Part shown: piece after piece, positions 11,935 to 24,699 of the stretch
Layout: each line of letters opens with the position of its first letter
How positions within the stretch are numbered: the first letter of the stretch is position 1
NCBI GenBank assembly: GCA_002633005.1
Contig: NMRA01000315.1
Span: 164,452 to 228,451, forward strand
Length of the DNA stretch: 64,000 nt
Direction: 5' to 3'
Origin: Phoronis australis
Taxonomy: Eukaryota > Animalia > Phoronida
Translations under genes and position numbers: made by a program
Notes under the pieces: model-generated
Told to the model about the DNA's origin: nothing
The model's input: only the letters and a program-made list of their open reading frames with translations
The model's database searches: none

Positions 11935-14900
11935 TCAGTAGAAGTTTGTCCCGAACACCTGTAAAATATAATAAATACATAAAGATAGGTACAGTAAATG
12001 GGAAGGTTGCTGTTCACAACACTATAACGACAACGAGAAGCAATGCTATTTGGGAATGCATATCCCACATTGATTTTAACACGTCATTTTTATAATGTCC
12101 AGTAAAGAGTAACGTGGACTCAGCAGCTTAAGATGACCAGACATCTACAAATGTGCCCAGAGTTTTGACGAGTTTTTCTTTACAAATTAAGGTACTGGAC
12201 GCGTACAGATAGGAGAATCCCCGATTTTCGAAAGCACCCCATCATTTTTATACGTTCAGATACATGTGGGTGCATATTGCCGTCATATCTGCCTGGACGT
12301 CTGGATCGTAATTAAATTTGACACATGTGTTCCTGTAAAGCGGACGACAGATGGCGACGAATTTTGGACCGATCCGACTTCGGCTGTGCCGCCATTTGTA
12401 CTAAACAAAAATTCCACTCAGAGCTCTACATTCCACAGGAAGAAACAACAGCAGGACAATGTATGCCTCTGTATCATCCTTGATGGATTTTAACGAAATT
12501 TGGAAAACATGTTTTAATTACGGAGAAGAAACGTTCCCGTTTTCGAAAGGTTTTGGAGATTGTTTGCCACCTGGTGGCCACTTATTTTTTAGTCCGTTTT
12601 TGGCGGCTGCTTTCTTGCTACCTGCTGAACAATTATTCTCATTTTCATATTTTTCGATATGTTGTTATGTAAAATTGTTCGTTTATGTTGAGGGTGTACC
12701 AGGCTCACTTTCAGAAGGAACGACATTATTTTAAAGAATAACACAATGATTGGATAGTTAGATTCTTGATGTTGCAACTTACATTTATTATGGCACTTTT
12801 ATGTTAATTTCATTTCCTGGTATATAGCTGCAAAGCTAATGTCTGCCCGTGAGTCTCGAGTGACGACCAGTACCTATCATAGTCGCAGCGCCACCACAAA
12901 GCTACTTTCCTAAAGTACTCTATTGATAAAAACCCATCATTTTCTGTTAGCATGCTACTTTTAAGTCACTTTGATTAACATGTGTTTTTTGTGATTTAAA
13001 GACAGTTGATTGTGCAAGTCTCAGTCGACTCCCATTCGTTTCTGTCGCTTTGCAGACTGTACTGGAAACTATCTTTGTGTGTCCGAGGAGTCAGGGTCGC
13101 GCGAGAGGAAAACAACTGAGACGAACTGCAGTAAGTTGATGCAGAAATTTTCCTAATTTTCAGCTACGCATGAGTGTACTCACCGCGTTAATAAATGAAA
13201 AAAACTCCGTAAGCGTGAGTCTGTTGTCGTCGTTACCTGCCAAAATAAAAATATGATAATGGGTACTTAGAAAACAGTTTGATGACGATAAATCTCAAAC
13301 ACAGGAAAAGAGCGAAATTGAAGAAAATGGCCGGGAATACTCTAAGGGATGATTGAATGACTCTAATCTCAAAGCTGGTCATGTAAGCTGATGGAAAGGT
13401 AATCAAAATTTTTATGTTTTGTCGAAAACTCATGGAAGACTGAAAAGAAACTAAGGAAGATTTTTTTTAAATTGAGAAGCCTACAAATTGACAAGGAGTT
13501 TGCAATAGGTCGTGCAACTGTATATTCTAATAAGATGGACTTCTTAATCAGAGACCGCTTTCCAATATGAGCCACCCAATAATGGCATCCAAGTTCAAAT
13601 TAAACAATACGTATCACTGACTGGGATACCCACATTTGAAATCTAAAATAAAATAAACAAAATGACTAACAGGAAGTTTGTTTTAAGTTCTAGTGAAATC
13701 CCAAAGGAAAGAAAGTAAGATGCCTAATGGATGTGGACATCATTGTTATACACTTTATCGGGAATCATCGTTTTCATTGCGCATTTTTTTTACGTAGACT
13801 TTTACTTCGAGATTTTTCACAAACTTGATTCCCCAAGCTGGAAATCCCATCTTCAGCACAGAGCAACAGATCGACTTCCTTTGTACTGAAAACAAAGTCT
13901 TAGCTCTGGCTTCAAGAGTTTGTTTTTCTGTTGGGCTATTTTGTACAAAGGTATCATTGTAGGAAACAAACACGATTCTGTGCCAAAAGAAGGAGTTAAT
14001 GAGAAATAAGTACTTTACAGTAACTTCAAATGTCACAGCGCCAAAATGTATCTGAGAAAACACCAAGCAGATAGCAAAGGATAGTGAACCAAAAGTTGAG
14101 ATAGAACGCAATGATATATATTCCGTACCGTCATGAGCCTCGAATTGTGCTGAAATTTCGTTATTGGTAATATAATTGCTCTTGTCGCTGTCCAGGTAGT
14201 CGAAGATGAACATGTTGTCCGCAGCCGTACCCTGTATTTCACGATACGTTATCCTTTTGTCCCCTGAAGAAAATTACGTCGTTTGTACTAACTATAAGAT
14301 AAGCACGGGAAGGTCCAAAATTACTTAGCTAGAATTTGCCTGAGGATTATCAAGACTCCTGCCGGTAGGGTTCGGTAGACGCAATGAACACGACAAGTAC
14401 ATGTAAGTTGGCGTGATTACTTGCTCCACTTGTAACAAATGGCGCAATCTCGCGACGTCTTGTGTCGCGGCGTCAGAGGCGCCGAAGTATAATATTGCCC
14501 CCTTCAAAGCAGATGTTAAAACAATTCTAAGGGTGGATGATAAGTAAAGTTTCAAGAAAAAGGTGATGAAAGTGAAGCCGCAAACCAAGGACAAACTTGT
14601 ATTTTATTCTCGTGGTTTACATTATGGTTTTGCTTTTATTTTGGAGTGTCTCCAACTGCGACAAAGGCTGATTTAGGGTTCCAGGAAATTTGCCTATCCT
14701 CGAAAATTGGCCAAGAGTGAAAAAGTTAGGCTCTGGCAGAAAAAGTTGGACAGAGAGATTCATTCACTCGAGAGTTCCAATTTTGAGTATTTTGAATAGC
14801 GTGGTCTTATGTGGACTCTGCATGCGTTTGTCATAAAATTGCCCTGCCCTTTAACTGCGATTTTTGTTAGCGTTATTAAGTTTTGTTGTCCTTATTCCCA

Positions 14901-17900
14901 GAATGAAGTTTTTAACATGGCCTTCTCGGCGAAAATGAGTGACGTGCACTTTTAGCTGCTTGGCAAAATGTTCGACAGACAAGTTCACGGCCATTCACCA
15001 TGGAAACCTTCTATTGGATTCAGATCATCTCATTCCGATACTCACTTGACACTTTGATTGTTTTTGAATTATTCACTAACTTGAATTTAACCACTGCACT
15101 AAAGAACTTATGAAATTATAAAATGGTGCAAAATATTGTTACTGTGAAATATAACTCGGGGTTGTAGCGGTGGACAGGATTGTTCATCCACCAATAACCC
15201 ATGTGGCACACACACTGAGCCACGACACTACGTTCCTTACAATATCTCTTTTTATCACTCCGGCTTGTGTGCTCAGTCAACTTGTCCGGAGCCTGCTTTG
15301 CCAGGTTTTTATAGCCTAGTTGGCTGTTTGGTGTACCCACTTGGTACTTTATACGACATTTGCCCATTTGGCAGTTTGTACCTACTTGGTATTTCTTATT
15401 GAATATGCCGTTTTGCTCGACCCACTTTGTAGGCAATCGGCCAATACCCATTTGGTATTATGTACTCATTTGGTACTATACCAACCAGTGCCACTTAATA
15501 GCAGACACTCAATTACACATTGGGTATCGCATTGTGTTGTCTCTTGTAATTAAGGTATCCATCTGGCACCTTCCGTGTAATAATTATTTGTAGAGCTGTC
15601 ACCCTGAAATTCCAATACAACTTAAAGTATATATCATTCTCGTGTTGTTTTATTTGTCCCAATAACTCTTGTTAAAGTGCAGGGTGACCAATTGTTTGTC
15701 TGTAAAGGATATTGTTACGTTTTTTGAAGCATTATGGACAAATTAGCATAATTTGCGTTCTCTGAATTAAGTTTTGCATCTTCTTAGTCAATTTCAATAA
15801 AATGATATTTGAACTGTAGGATGTCACGATTTAAAATGAAGAACCCTAATACGCCGAATTAAATTAGAGGGCTACATGTATATCACAAAACATGAACCAA
15901 AAGGAAAGTTTCGGAATATGGTGCTGCTTAGAGCTTTAAAAGAGCGCCATTGGTTTTAGGTAAAAATGTACAATTTGGGGATTATCCGTTGTGTTTATGC
16001 GATTTCATTTGACTGGTTGTCAATATTCGGGGCTTATTTCCCGGCATTCGGTGGAATTAACGGAAATCAAGACTGATGACCTTAGTTATTAAACACTCTT
16101 AAGAAGAACTCCAGCTAGTAATGACGTAGGCTGGAATTCGTCTTGAAGCTAATTTCAAATACGCATACTGGGGTGAGAGAGAGANNNNNNNNNNNNNNNN
16201 NNNNNNNNNNNNNNNNNNNNNNNNNNNNNNNNNNNNNNNNNNNNNNNNNNNNNNNNNNNNNNNNNNNNNNNNNNNNNNNNNNNNNNNNNNNNNNNNNNNN
16301 NNNNNNNNNNNNNNNNNNNNNNNNNNNNNNNNNNNNNNNNNNNNNNNNNNNNNNNNNNNNNNNNNNNNNNNNNNNNNNNNNNNNNNNNNNNNNNNNNNNN
16401 NNNNNNNNNNNNNNNNNNNNNNNNNNNNNNNNNNNNNNNNNNNNNNNNNNNNNNNNNNNNNNNNNNNNAGAGAGAGAGAGACGTTAATACTGTAGCAGTC
16501 AGACTAAAGTATATACTTGTACATGTACATGACCACGCCTGCGAATCGACGAGACCGTTTGACGACATCAATGGGGAAGAGACGGTTAGGATACACAGTT
16601 CTTCGGGCAAATATATACATACCATTACTATCGGCTAGCATTAATTCACTCGAGACTTCGCTGTAAGTTAATCCATGGTCATTGTTGGCATCTGCCTTCG
16701 CGAACCAGTTCTCACAATCCTGGCGAAGCTTTGCCAGCCTAAAATTTATACAACTCACAGCTCAAACTTTTTGCATGCAAATTTATCAATGTGATGTGGT
16801 GCATTCTAGTTAAATTATGTTAGAACTACTTAGTAATTCTTTTGAGCAACGGTTGAATTCCCTGATTAGTATGATTAGTGACGACTGCAGGGTAGATGTG
16901 TAATGCGTATGAAGGCTTTCACATGCCATTTGCTCGTGTTTGTCCATAATGACAGCTTTTGCTTGTTGATCGTTTCACCTTATTTCTTAATAGTGGTGAC
17001 GTTTCTCAGACCCTCACTATTGGCAAGTGGAGAATAGTATATTCAAACAAGCCGGATACTTTATACTTGGAAAAAAGACTTGTCAACATCTAATTTTCAT
17101 TCAATTTTCAATACAAGAAGGGTCTTTAAAATGGAAGTGCACTGTTTGCTGGCATTTTAATTGGATGGTTTGGGGATGTACATGTATAATGCTCGTGTTT
17201 TGAAGTACCGGCCATACTACATGTACTTACCAGATGTTGTCAAGCAAAGAATATTCAACTTAGAATCCGATTTTTTATTTTCAACTTTGCCCAGCCAGAA
17301 AAAACTGCTGCTTGTCACCAATAATCACAAAGAAGTAAGCGCATGCGCTAGGTGGCGTTACAGTATTTTGCATGCCACTTATACTGTAGCTAACCTGCGT
17401 CTCGAATGAATATTTAGTTAGTGACATTTCAGAGCTAGTAGACCTGGAATAGAATGCGATTTTTAAAGCTGATATATAGTCAAGCAAAACATTTTTCTTT
17501 ATTATCGTTTTACAATTTTGCATTGCTATGCCGAGTACATGTATAGCCTCGACCCCGAGCTTCAAGACGGCGCTGATCGGTTTAGCCACTAGAGGCCGGA
17601 AATGTGTCAGAATGCCAACACATTTTTACGGAAATCACCGAAATATCATAAAGTTATATCAACTTAAGAATTTAAATGCTGTGCTATCCGGTTTTCAGCG
17701 AAAGAGCGTTTGTCCAAATTTATTATCAAAATGGCTTAACAGTGTTTAACGAAACATGAAACAGAGCTATATAACGGAGATGGATCATTTTTGTGCACTT
17801 TTACTGAAATTCGACGTGCACAATTTTATTTTCCATCATGGTATCGACTGCAGTGCATGATAAATATTAACTGCATGGTTTGGTAACGTACTTGATGATT

Positions 17901-20511
17901 TGCTGTAGGAAGTGTTGACGGAAGTGTTCTTTTAAAGGCGTAGTGAGCTCTTCATCGGAGAATACTGCGGTAGTATGTATATTACCATGGAAACCCCGTT
18001 ACACTCAGTTATGATGTAGTTTGATTGTTTTTTTTTTTTGTTTTGACAGGAAATAAGGCGTCCTTGTGTTATTTACTTCGAAGTGGGCCATTTTTACTTG
18101 TAGACGTTGCCTGACCATGCCTTTAATTACATGTAACTGCTGATAGTTGATCAAATAGAATGTGAACGGTTTACGAGAGCTGGAAAGCATCGTAAAAACT
18201 ACTTTAAATGGACTACGTATTCAATAGGCATCATGGCTATTTTATGAGGGCATACAAGCCAGTTTTACAGGACTGCAAGCAGGAAATCCATCTGTTGCTG
18301 GTTTTCAGCCCTTACCCCCGTTGCCCCCATTTTTATTCACTACAACCCACCCCTCATTTCATTCTAAGGACTACGCCCCTAACTATTTTGACTGAATTTA
18401 GGGTTTTGTTTTTAGTAATATTATTAGAAAATGTCATAAGTCAAAAGAGTATATCAAACTAAATATATAATGATAGAAAAGTACAACAACTGAGAATAAA
18501 AACGAAAAAATACGCCAAAGATTTGGGCAACTCTGTCGAGCAGAGGTGGGCCCAGAGGGGCAGAAGTCTAAGGGGTCCGGACCACCCATTTCCCTTGGTT
18601 TTAGTGAAATCAAATCTAGGATTTTCAAATTGTTGACTTGGACCACCTTCTTAAAAANNNNNNTCACTCCGGCTGGTCTGCTCACTCAGCTTGTCCGGAA
18701 CCTGCTTTGCAGGTTGTTATAGCCCAGTTGGCTGTTTGGTGTACCCACTTGGTACTTTATATGATATTTGCCCATTTGGCAGTTTGTACCCACTTGGTAC
18801 TTGTTATTGAATTTGCCGCTTTGCTCGACCCAGTTGGTAGGCAATCGGCCAATACCCATTTGGTATTATGTACCCATTTGGTACTATGCTAACCTGTGCC
18901 ACTTAGTATCCGATACTCAGTTACACTTTGGGTATCGGAAATGTGTGTGTTATCTCTTGTAATTAAGGAACTCATCTGGTTCCTTCTGTGAAATATTTAT
19001 TTGTAGAGCTGTGACCCTGAAATTCCCAATACAACTTAAAATATTTATTATTCTTGTTGTTTTATTTGTCCCCAATAAGACATTAACGTTGTTCGATCAT
19101 CTACTATCAGTCTTCCAGTCTCGCATCCAATCTTTATTTGTATTAGAGTCCTGTGAACATCTCGAAAAGGAGGCCATTTTTTGTACTCCGCTACATGTAG
19201 GTTACCATTTCATGCGTATTCCAAAATTTGAAGCTGTCTGCGATGTCTATGTTTCTGATTTTTTTTCTGAGACAAGGATTTATTCATTTTCTGCTCAATG
19301 ACGTTAGTTGCACGCAGTTCCTATTTTGGATACGTCTGTTACACTAAGTAAAACCACTTTAAGGACCGGGAAATACATGTAGGCAGAATTAATACTTTTG
19401 GTATCTTAAACACTCACGCAGTATTGTTTTTTTTTTCTTGTGGCTGTGGTGCTTCACCGTTTTTAAATTAGAAGTTCATGAGACGATGCAACTTAGAACT
19501 GTGGAACGTTCATTCGTGCGAATAGCGTAGAGTAGACATTAAATTCGCAATGATTTGAATCGGGTTTCAGCACGTATGGGGTATGTTCAAATGACTTCTT
19601 GGTACTTGTGATGGGAACAACACCACCCAGTTTCACGACCATCCCTCGAGGCACGCTGCCAGGTCCCGTCAAGTTTAACACTACATAACATTTCAACACT
19701 TCTTTGTTCAGTATCTCGCTACGAATGACAATCACCCGAAAATTCTGTAGGAATGCTTCTGTGATGTCATAGCAAATGAGCCAGTGAGAGACCACGATGG
19801 AATTGACAAAATGCTGTTGGTTTAACCAAGGCACTATGACCAGGTCGGATGTGAAGCCAAATCACCTAATGCGTAGTCTGACCGGTAGTCAAAACACATT
19901 TCCGTGGGACCGATAGTACCGGTGGTCACCCGTTATTTGTGAGGTGACATGTTTAAGAAAACACGGCGACAAAATACTTTTTGTTTAATTTTCAAAAGAT
20001 TAGAACATTTTAGGTTTTGGTACTTGAATGAGTGAAGTTAAAGTCCGTGACAAGCAGAAGGACTGAAGAAGCGTAAAATAATAGGCTGAAGTCACCGGTC
20101 ATGTTTGGAAGAGTGTGAAATCTAGGGTTTCTGTCAAAAACACATTTTTATTGACTGTTGCGATATGGATCTAATCTTGCTCTGATTAGCAATTGTTTCT
20201 TGGCTGTTTGTCACCTCTGATTAGATTGATTCACCAAAGTAGTATGACTGTCTGAGGAATAAGGAAAATATGTTTTAACAAGTTAATTCAAAGAAAAAGT
20301 AAGAACTCTAAGATATTTCTTTGGAAGATCAAATGCTCCTGTGAAGACAGCTGTTGTTTTCAATCATACAAAATGATTGATAGTGTCTTTCAGAAATTTT
20401 TAAAAATCAAACAAGTGACCAAAGCAATACTTACAATTGCGTTGCATCTCGTGCTTCGTGAGCAAGTGAGACGACGGCGAGAACCAGGAAGCATGTCAAT
20501 GAGACAACCAT
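11935..20511 (-). CDS. Secreted four-EF-hand Ca2+-binding protein, paralog A (134 aa, spliced)
   Basis: Coding exons (minus): 20511-20435, 16738-16623, 14263-14129, 13236-13184, 11958-11935. All introns are GT-AG with compatible phases 2,1,1,0. Protein: MVVSLTCFLVLAVVSLAHEARDATQLLAKLRQDCENWFAKADANNDHGLTYSEVSSELMLADSNGDKRITYREIQGTAADNMFIFDYLDSDKSNYITNNEISAQFEAHDGNDDNRLTLTEFFSFINAVFGTNFY*. Hydrophobic signal peptide and four 12-residue EF loops (DANNDHGLTYSE, DSNGDKRITYRE, DSDKSNYITNNE, DGNDDNRLTLTE). Same exon sizes in paralog B. Confidence 0.9.
15158..15661. mobile_element. Dispersed ~500-bp repeat with internal TACCCA(C/T)TTGGTA subrepeats
   Basis: Insertion relative to paralog B, flanked by an ATAACTC direct repeat (15151-15157, 15662-15668). 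Other copies at 18664-19078, ~24700-25024 and ~26612-26703. Confidence 0.75.
16185..16468. other. Assembly gap (284 N) within a (GA)n microsatellite
   Basis: N run flanked by GAGAGA on both sides. Other gaps are at 10171, 18658-18663 and 33374. Confidence 0.95.
18664..19078. repeat. Copy of the TACCCA(C/T)TTGGTA repeat family
   Basis: Colinear similarity to 15256-15664; starts at an N gap. Confidence 0.75.
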
Positions 20512-23082
20512 TTTGTCGACACTTTCTGAAAACCATTAGTACATCAATTGTATTTACATCTTGTCCAAGAGACTGTGGATGAATGTACTCCAATATCACT
20601 TGTTAGTCGTAAATCGTGCGATGCACTTTGTCAAGAATGTACTGTAGACATGGTTTACAGACGCATTCTATACTAAAATGTCGGTTCCAAGTAATTCCGG
20701 TCTGAGCGGTTTTGTTGTAAACTATTGAGACGATGGTTTTGAGAAAAAATCATCGGAATGACGAGATAGTACAGTTAGGAATTGTAGACATTTATTGAAT
20801 TATCGACATTTCAAACTAATTAATATGCATAACGATGTCATTTTCTGTCAAGATGACAGAGAAAGTCTGATCCCTCAAATAGGGGCAGTATACATATAGT
20901 GAGTATAGTATTTTTCTCTGATGATGAATTCTAAAGTAAAAAGCATTAGAATAATACACACTTCTGTTGATGCACTCAGAAGTATTTTACAGCACACCAA
21001 TGAATAAACGTGGTGGTGTCAGAGGAGTTGTATATCACATTTTGTGTGACTGACAAATGTGAAGACTCGTATATCGATGAAATTGAACAGCCACATGACG
21101 CAGCACCGCAGAGCAAATGCCAGTAGTTTAAACTACGTGTGTTTGATCACCTCAGTGGCCCTAGACATGATTCAGGTGTGATTCGGTCGACAAAGGTCAC
21201 GGGAACGGAGGGAGTTTTTGGCTTGAGCGCCACGGTTGTGTTAGCGACTGAGAGACAGCTTTCTTTATGATAAAACAAGGAATGGAGGGCCAGATTTCAG
21301 TTATCAGACTCATGGTCTAGGGCTTTGCAGTTGTTGTCTATGAACACCGTCAGAGGCGATGGATTTTTTGCGTTAACCAGTAGAGATGAAGGAGTTAAGC
21401 GCTAAGGTGAGAATATAAGTTTACCGTAAGTTCCAAAATTTTAAAAAAATTTTGCAACTACTGTTGACTCCCATTTTCTCGTTCACTTGGTTCACGCTGG
21501 TGGTTACAACTCCGACATCGGCCAGGCTTGTATATTTAATTGAAATATGGCCTTTATCCCAAAGCCCTATTGGCGTTGCTGATTTTGGCTATAGAAACAC
21601 GTATACAAGGATGGTCCCAGATACAAATATTTTTTCCTAAATGGAGGAAAATGCGTTATTATATTGACCTCGTTTTACAAAAGTAAGGCTGATTCCAGAA
21701 ATCAAGTCGTAAAATACTGCATCCACGAATACATGTACCTCCCAACTTTATTCCAACACCAGCAACGCCACCTGTGAATGGATCGGGTGTTTCGTTTGAC
21801 TGAGAACTAATGTGTAATATTTGCATTTTACTTACATAGAGTGTCCATAAAATTTACGAGTATTCATTAGAATATATTTCTTTTTTCTTGAAAGTGTCAA
21901 ATCCTTTTGTGTTCGCATTAGAATGTTGTTTTTCATGAAATTTAGTCACTCGTTTTCCAAATAAAGACACTGAAGACGTTTTAAAAACTAACCATTTGCG
22001 TTATTTTTTCACAATTTTGCTTCCCGTTTTCCACCCATTTTCAAATATTATAAAAGAAAAGATAAATTTGTGTCTACTGTCGCCGGTACCACTTGACTTC
22101 TTTTTAGTATCACTGTTGTTTAGTATTTCATTTTGCATTTTAGAACCATTAAACACTATATTACAAATACTCACAGGTTTGCCGCAATGAAATTGTAAGA
22201 GTCATATTACCCGAAATATATTGGGCAATAGCTGTATTATTTCACATGTGGAATATACTGGAAAGTACTCCTTCCTTATTTCAACGTTCCGTAAAGCAGT
22301 TTTTGCATGACATGAAGGTATCAGTTGTATTGAATACTTGCTTGGGTCAACTCAATATCCAGTGAGTCCATACAGCTCATTTCCATATCTTTTGCACTGC
22401 TCACAGAACGGTCATACACAGGTGAACATACATGTAGGTGAGCAGTGTAATACAATAATTTAATTTTGACGTGCGTAAATTTACTTTTAGTGAACAGATT
22501 TTAATCATTGCAACATTGCTTTCGGCACTTTTTATGTTCTGCATATATAATTCTTGAAAACGTGTAGTTTTTTATCAATGAGTATAGTTTTTAAACTATA
22601 CTAAACTATTAAAATTGGCATAGTTGTTTATTACATATTATGTCTCTGCTCGCAACACTCGAATGAATCTGTGCCTGGAAATACAGTTTGAATGATTATC
22701 CCTGACCGAAATGAAGTCCAGACACTTTTGGGTCAACGATGCTGGGCAATCAGAACCTCGCCTGTACAATTAACAGGTGTAAAAGTGAGTATAAATGACG
22801 AATCCATTTAAAGTGCACAGTCGTGTCACCACTTTTGTATAATAAAGTAGATTTCAAAGGGACTTTTACAGATTTCAGTTAACTCTCAGATTCTGTCGAA
22901 CTTGGACTAACTTCTTGTCAAACATATTTGGCGCCTTCGTCAAACATCACTTTATGCTGATACCAGTAATGTTCATTATTTACAATCCATTATTCTTTAC
23001 CTTTATTGTTTATCTGAACGATAAACAAATCACACCAATTTCAAGCATGATGACGAAAGTCTATGTGGACATCAGTACTCAC

Positions 23083-23155
23083 CTATAATCTCTGTATTTA
23101 CTGCGAGAACTTATTGTTGCTTTTTGTCATTGGTTGCAAGATGGTACTTCATATA
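23083..23155 (-). promoter_or_regulatory. TATA-like box and non-coding exon 1 of paralog A
   Basis: TATATGAA (23155-23148) and AG|GTGAGT donor at 23083/23082; homologous to 4258-4330 and 41801-41874. Confidence 0.65.
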
Positions 23156-24699
23156 AGTCCTACCCACATCAAATGATTTCAGAGTTCAGTCACTCCGGTG
23201 TAAGGGATGGTGGTCATCGTATAAACAACGGACGTTTTTGTTTCGTCATCTCTTTCCCAAACCTATTTGAAATGCAAACACAACGATATTAGTTTTGCTC
23301 TATTTTTAATAAGTTAAATTTACTTTCCATACAGCGCATATCATAATTTTTGTCCGACCAGCAGCCAACCAATAACGCGGGTCTGCTAGGAGTCGTACGC
23401 TGAGTCGCCTCTGCGGTCGGCAAAGTGGTCGCCTACCATAGGAGACCATGTCGGATTATGAGTATCCTCGGTCGGCAATTACCATTTTATGACTTAGCGG
23501 GTGAACTTTGACCAAACAAACATTTAATTGTTCGCTGTTCGTTCTCCCGTGGCCACTCCAGTCTTGACGCCGGCTTATTTACTTTCGTTCAACTATTGAA
23601 AGGTGGTAAAATCGAATAAACCTAGGAATTGCGTAAAATTACAGCAAAGTAAATGTTAAGATTTTATGTTGAATTGCTGACGGCGAACTCTAGATATAAG
23701 ACTTTTTATACATTACATGTATGCATAAAAAGTCTCAACAATGAAGAAACTTTGAAATGCTGCAGTAAAACTGCATAAAAATCAGAAAACAACCACAAGT
23801 GTTTTCATGCCGGGGAATGCTCAACAAGTAGCACGCATTTGCGCCCATCCGCTATTGCTCATGATCACCACTTCATCACGATGTATATTGTGCTTTCCCA
23901 CAGAGAGTGTTTTTTATTTTTGTATACTTTCTTAATATGTTGGAACAACAATAGAAAAAATATTTTGGGAAAAACACCGACGATTGGTTTGAGCATGGGG
24001 CTGATTTTATATAATGGATGCATGAAAACGGAAGGATGCGATCGGTTATAGTGTCATCCACTTTGATCCATTATTATTCCGAATTTGTTGTCACTTTCGG
24101 AGTAAAAATCGTAGCTACATGTATATTGTTTCGAGGTTAGGCCCTTCCTAGCCAGCCAGCTAGGTGTATAAAGACTTTCGTAAAAGTACATCGAGGTACT
24201 GTACCGCTGTGTGCTGGACTCCGACAGACCTCGAAATTGCGCTGGCACATCCCGGGTAGTTATGTTCGTCACCTCACCGTGAAATGTGTAGCAAAATGTA
24301 GAGCTAAAGACCGAGGGGTGTCCATGCAAAATCTGGTAGTCATGTGACACTCACCTTACCCGTTACAACCGTTTAAGTGAAAAACAATCTAATAAACGTC
24401 ATTTTTGGCGTAATTCTCCGCCTTTTGTAACAACAGAAAGTATATCGTCGTTTTGAAAACAGTACATTCGTGACACACGCCACTTCCAAATTTTTTCGAC
24501 ATTTCTCAGTAGATGATGACCATAGCATTTCGGTTTGCGTTCTTTCCAAAAATCCTCATAGCAGTAAATGCTGAAATACAATGGCCCGAAATTTTGTTCT
24601 CAGTGCAGGGTGAAGACTTGTTCTTCAGATGAATACAAAAAGTCATGCGTATGACTCTGTTGTAGACATCTTTCTCTTGTAATATGCACAGGTGTTTGC

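Larger units (their letters stand above)
6202..13141. repeat. Local direct duplication 6202-10170 / 10390-13141
   Basis: Highly similar copies by eye. The second lacks 7248-8454. The first ends exactly at a single N (10171). Confidence 0.85.

Noticed and set aside
15320-15593. ORFs with repeated THLV / PIWYY motifs (also at 18638-18962 and 24720-24941); CRISPR-like appearance
   Set aside because: They are translations of subrepeats in a dispersed non-coding repeat. Spacing is irregular, there are no unique spacers or cas genes, and the context is eukaryotic.
16143-16625. ORFs containing X runs
   Set aside because: Artefacts of the N gap.
16978-17030. Conserved AG|GTGAAA donor upstream of the EF1 exon in A and B
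   Set aside because: The frame needed for the phase-2 junction contains a stop; the signal-peptide exon explains the junction fully.
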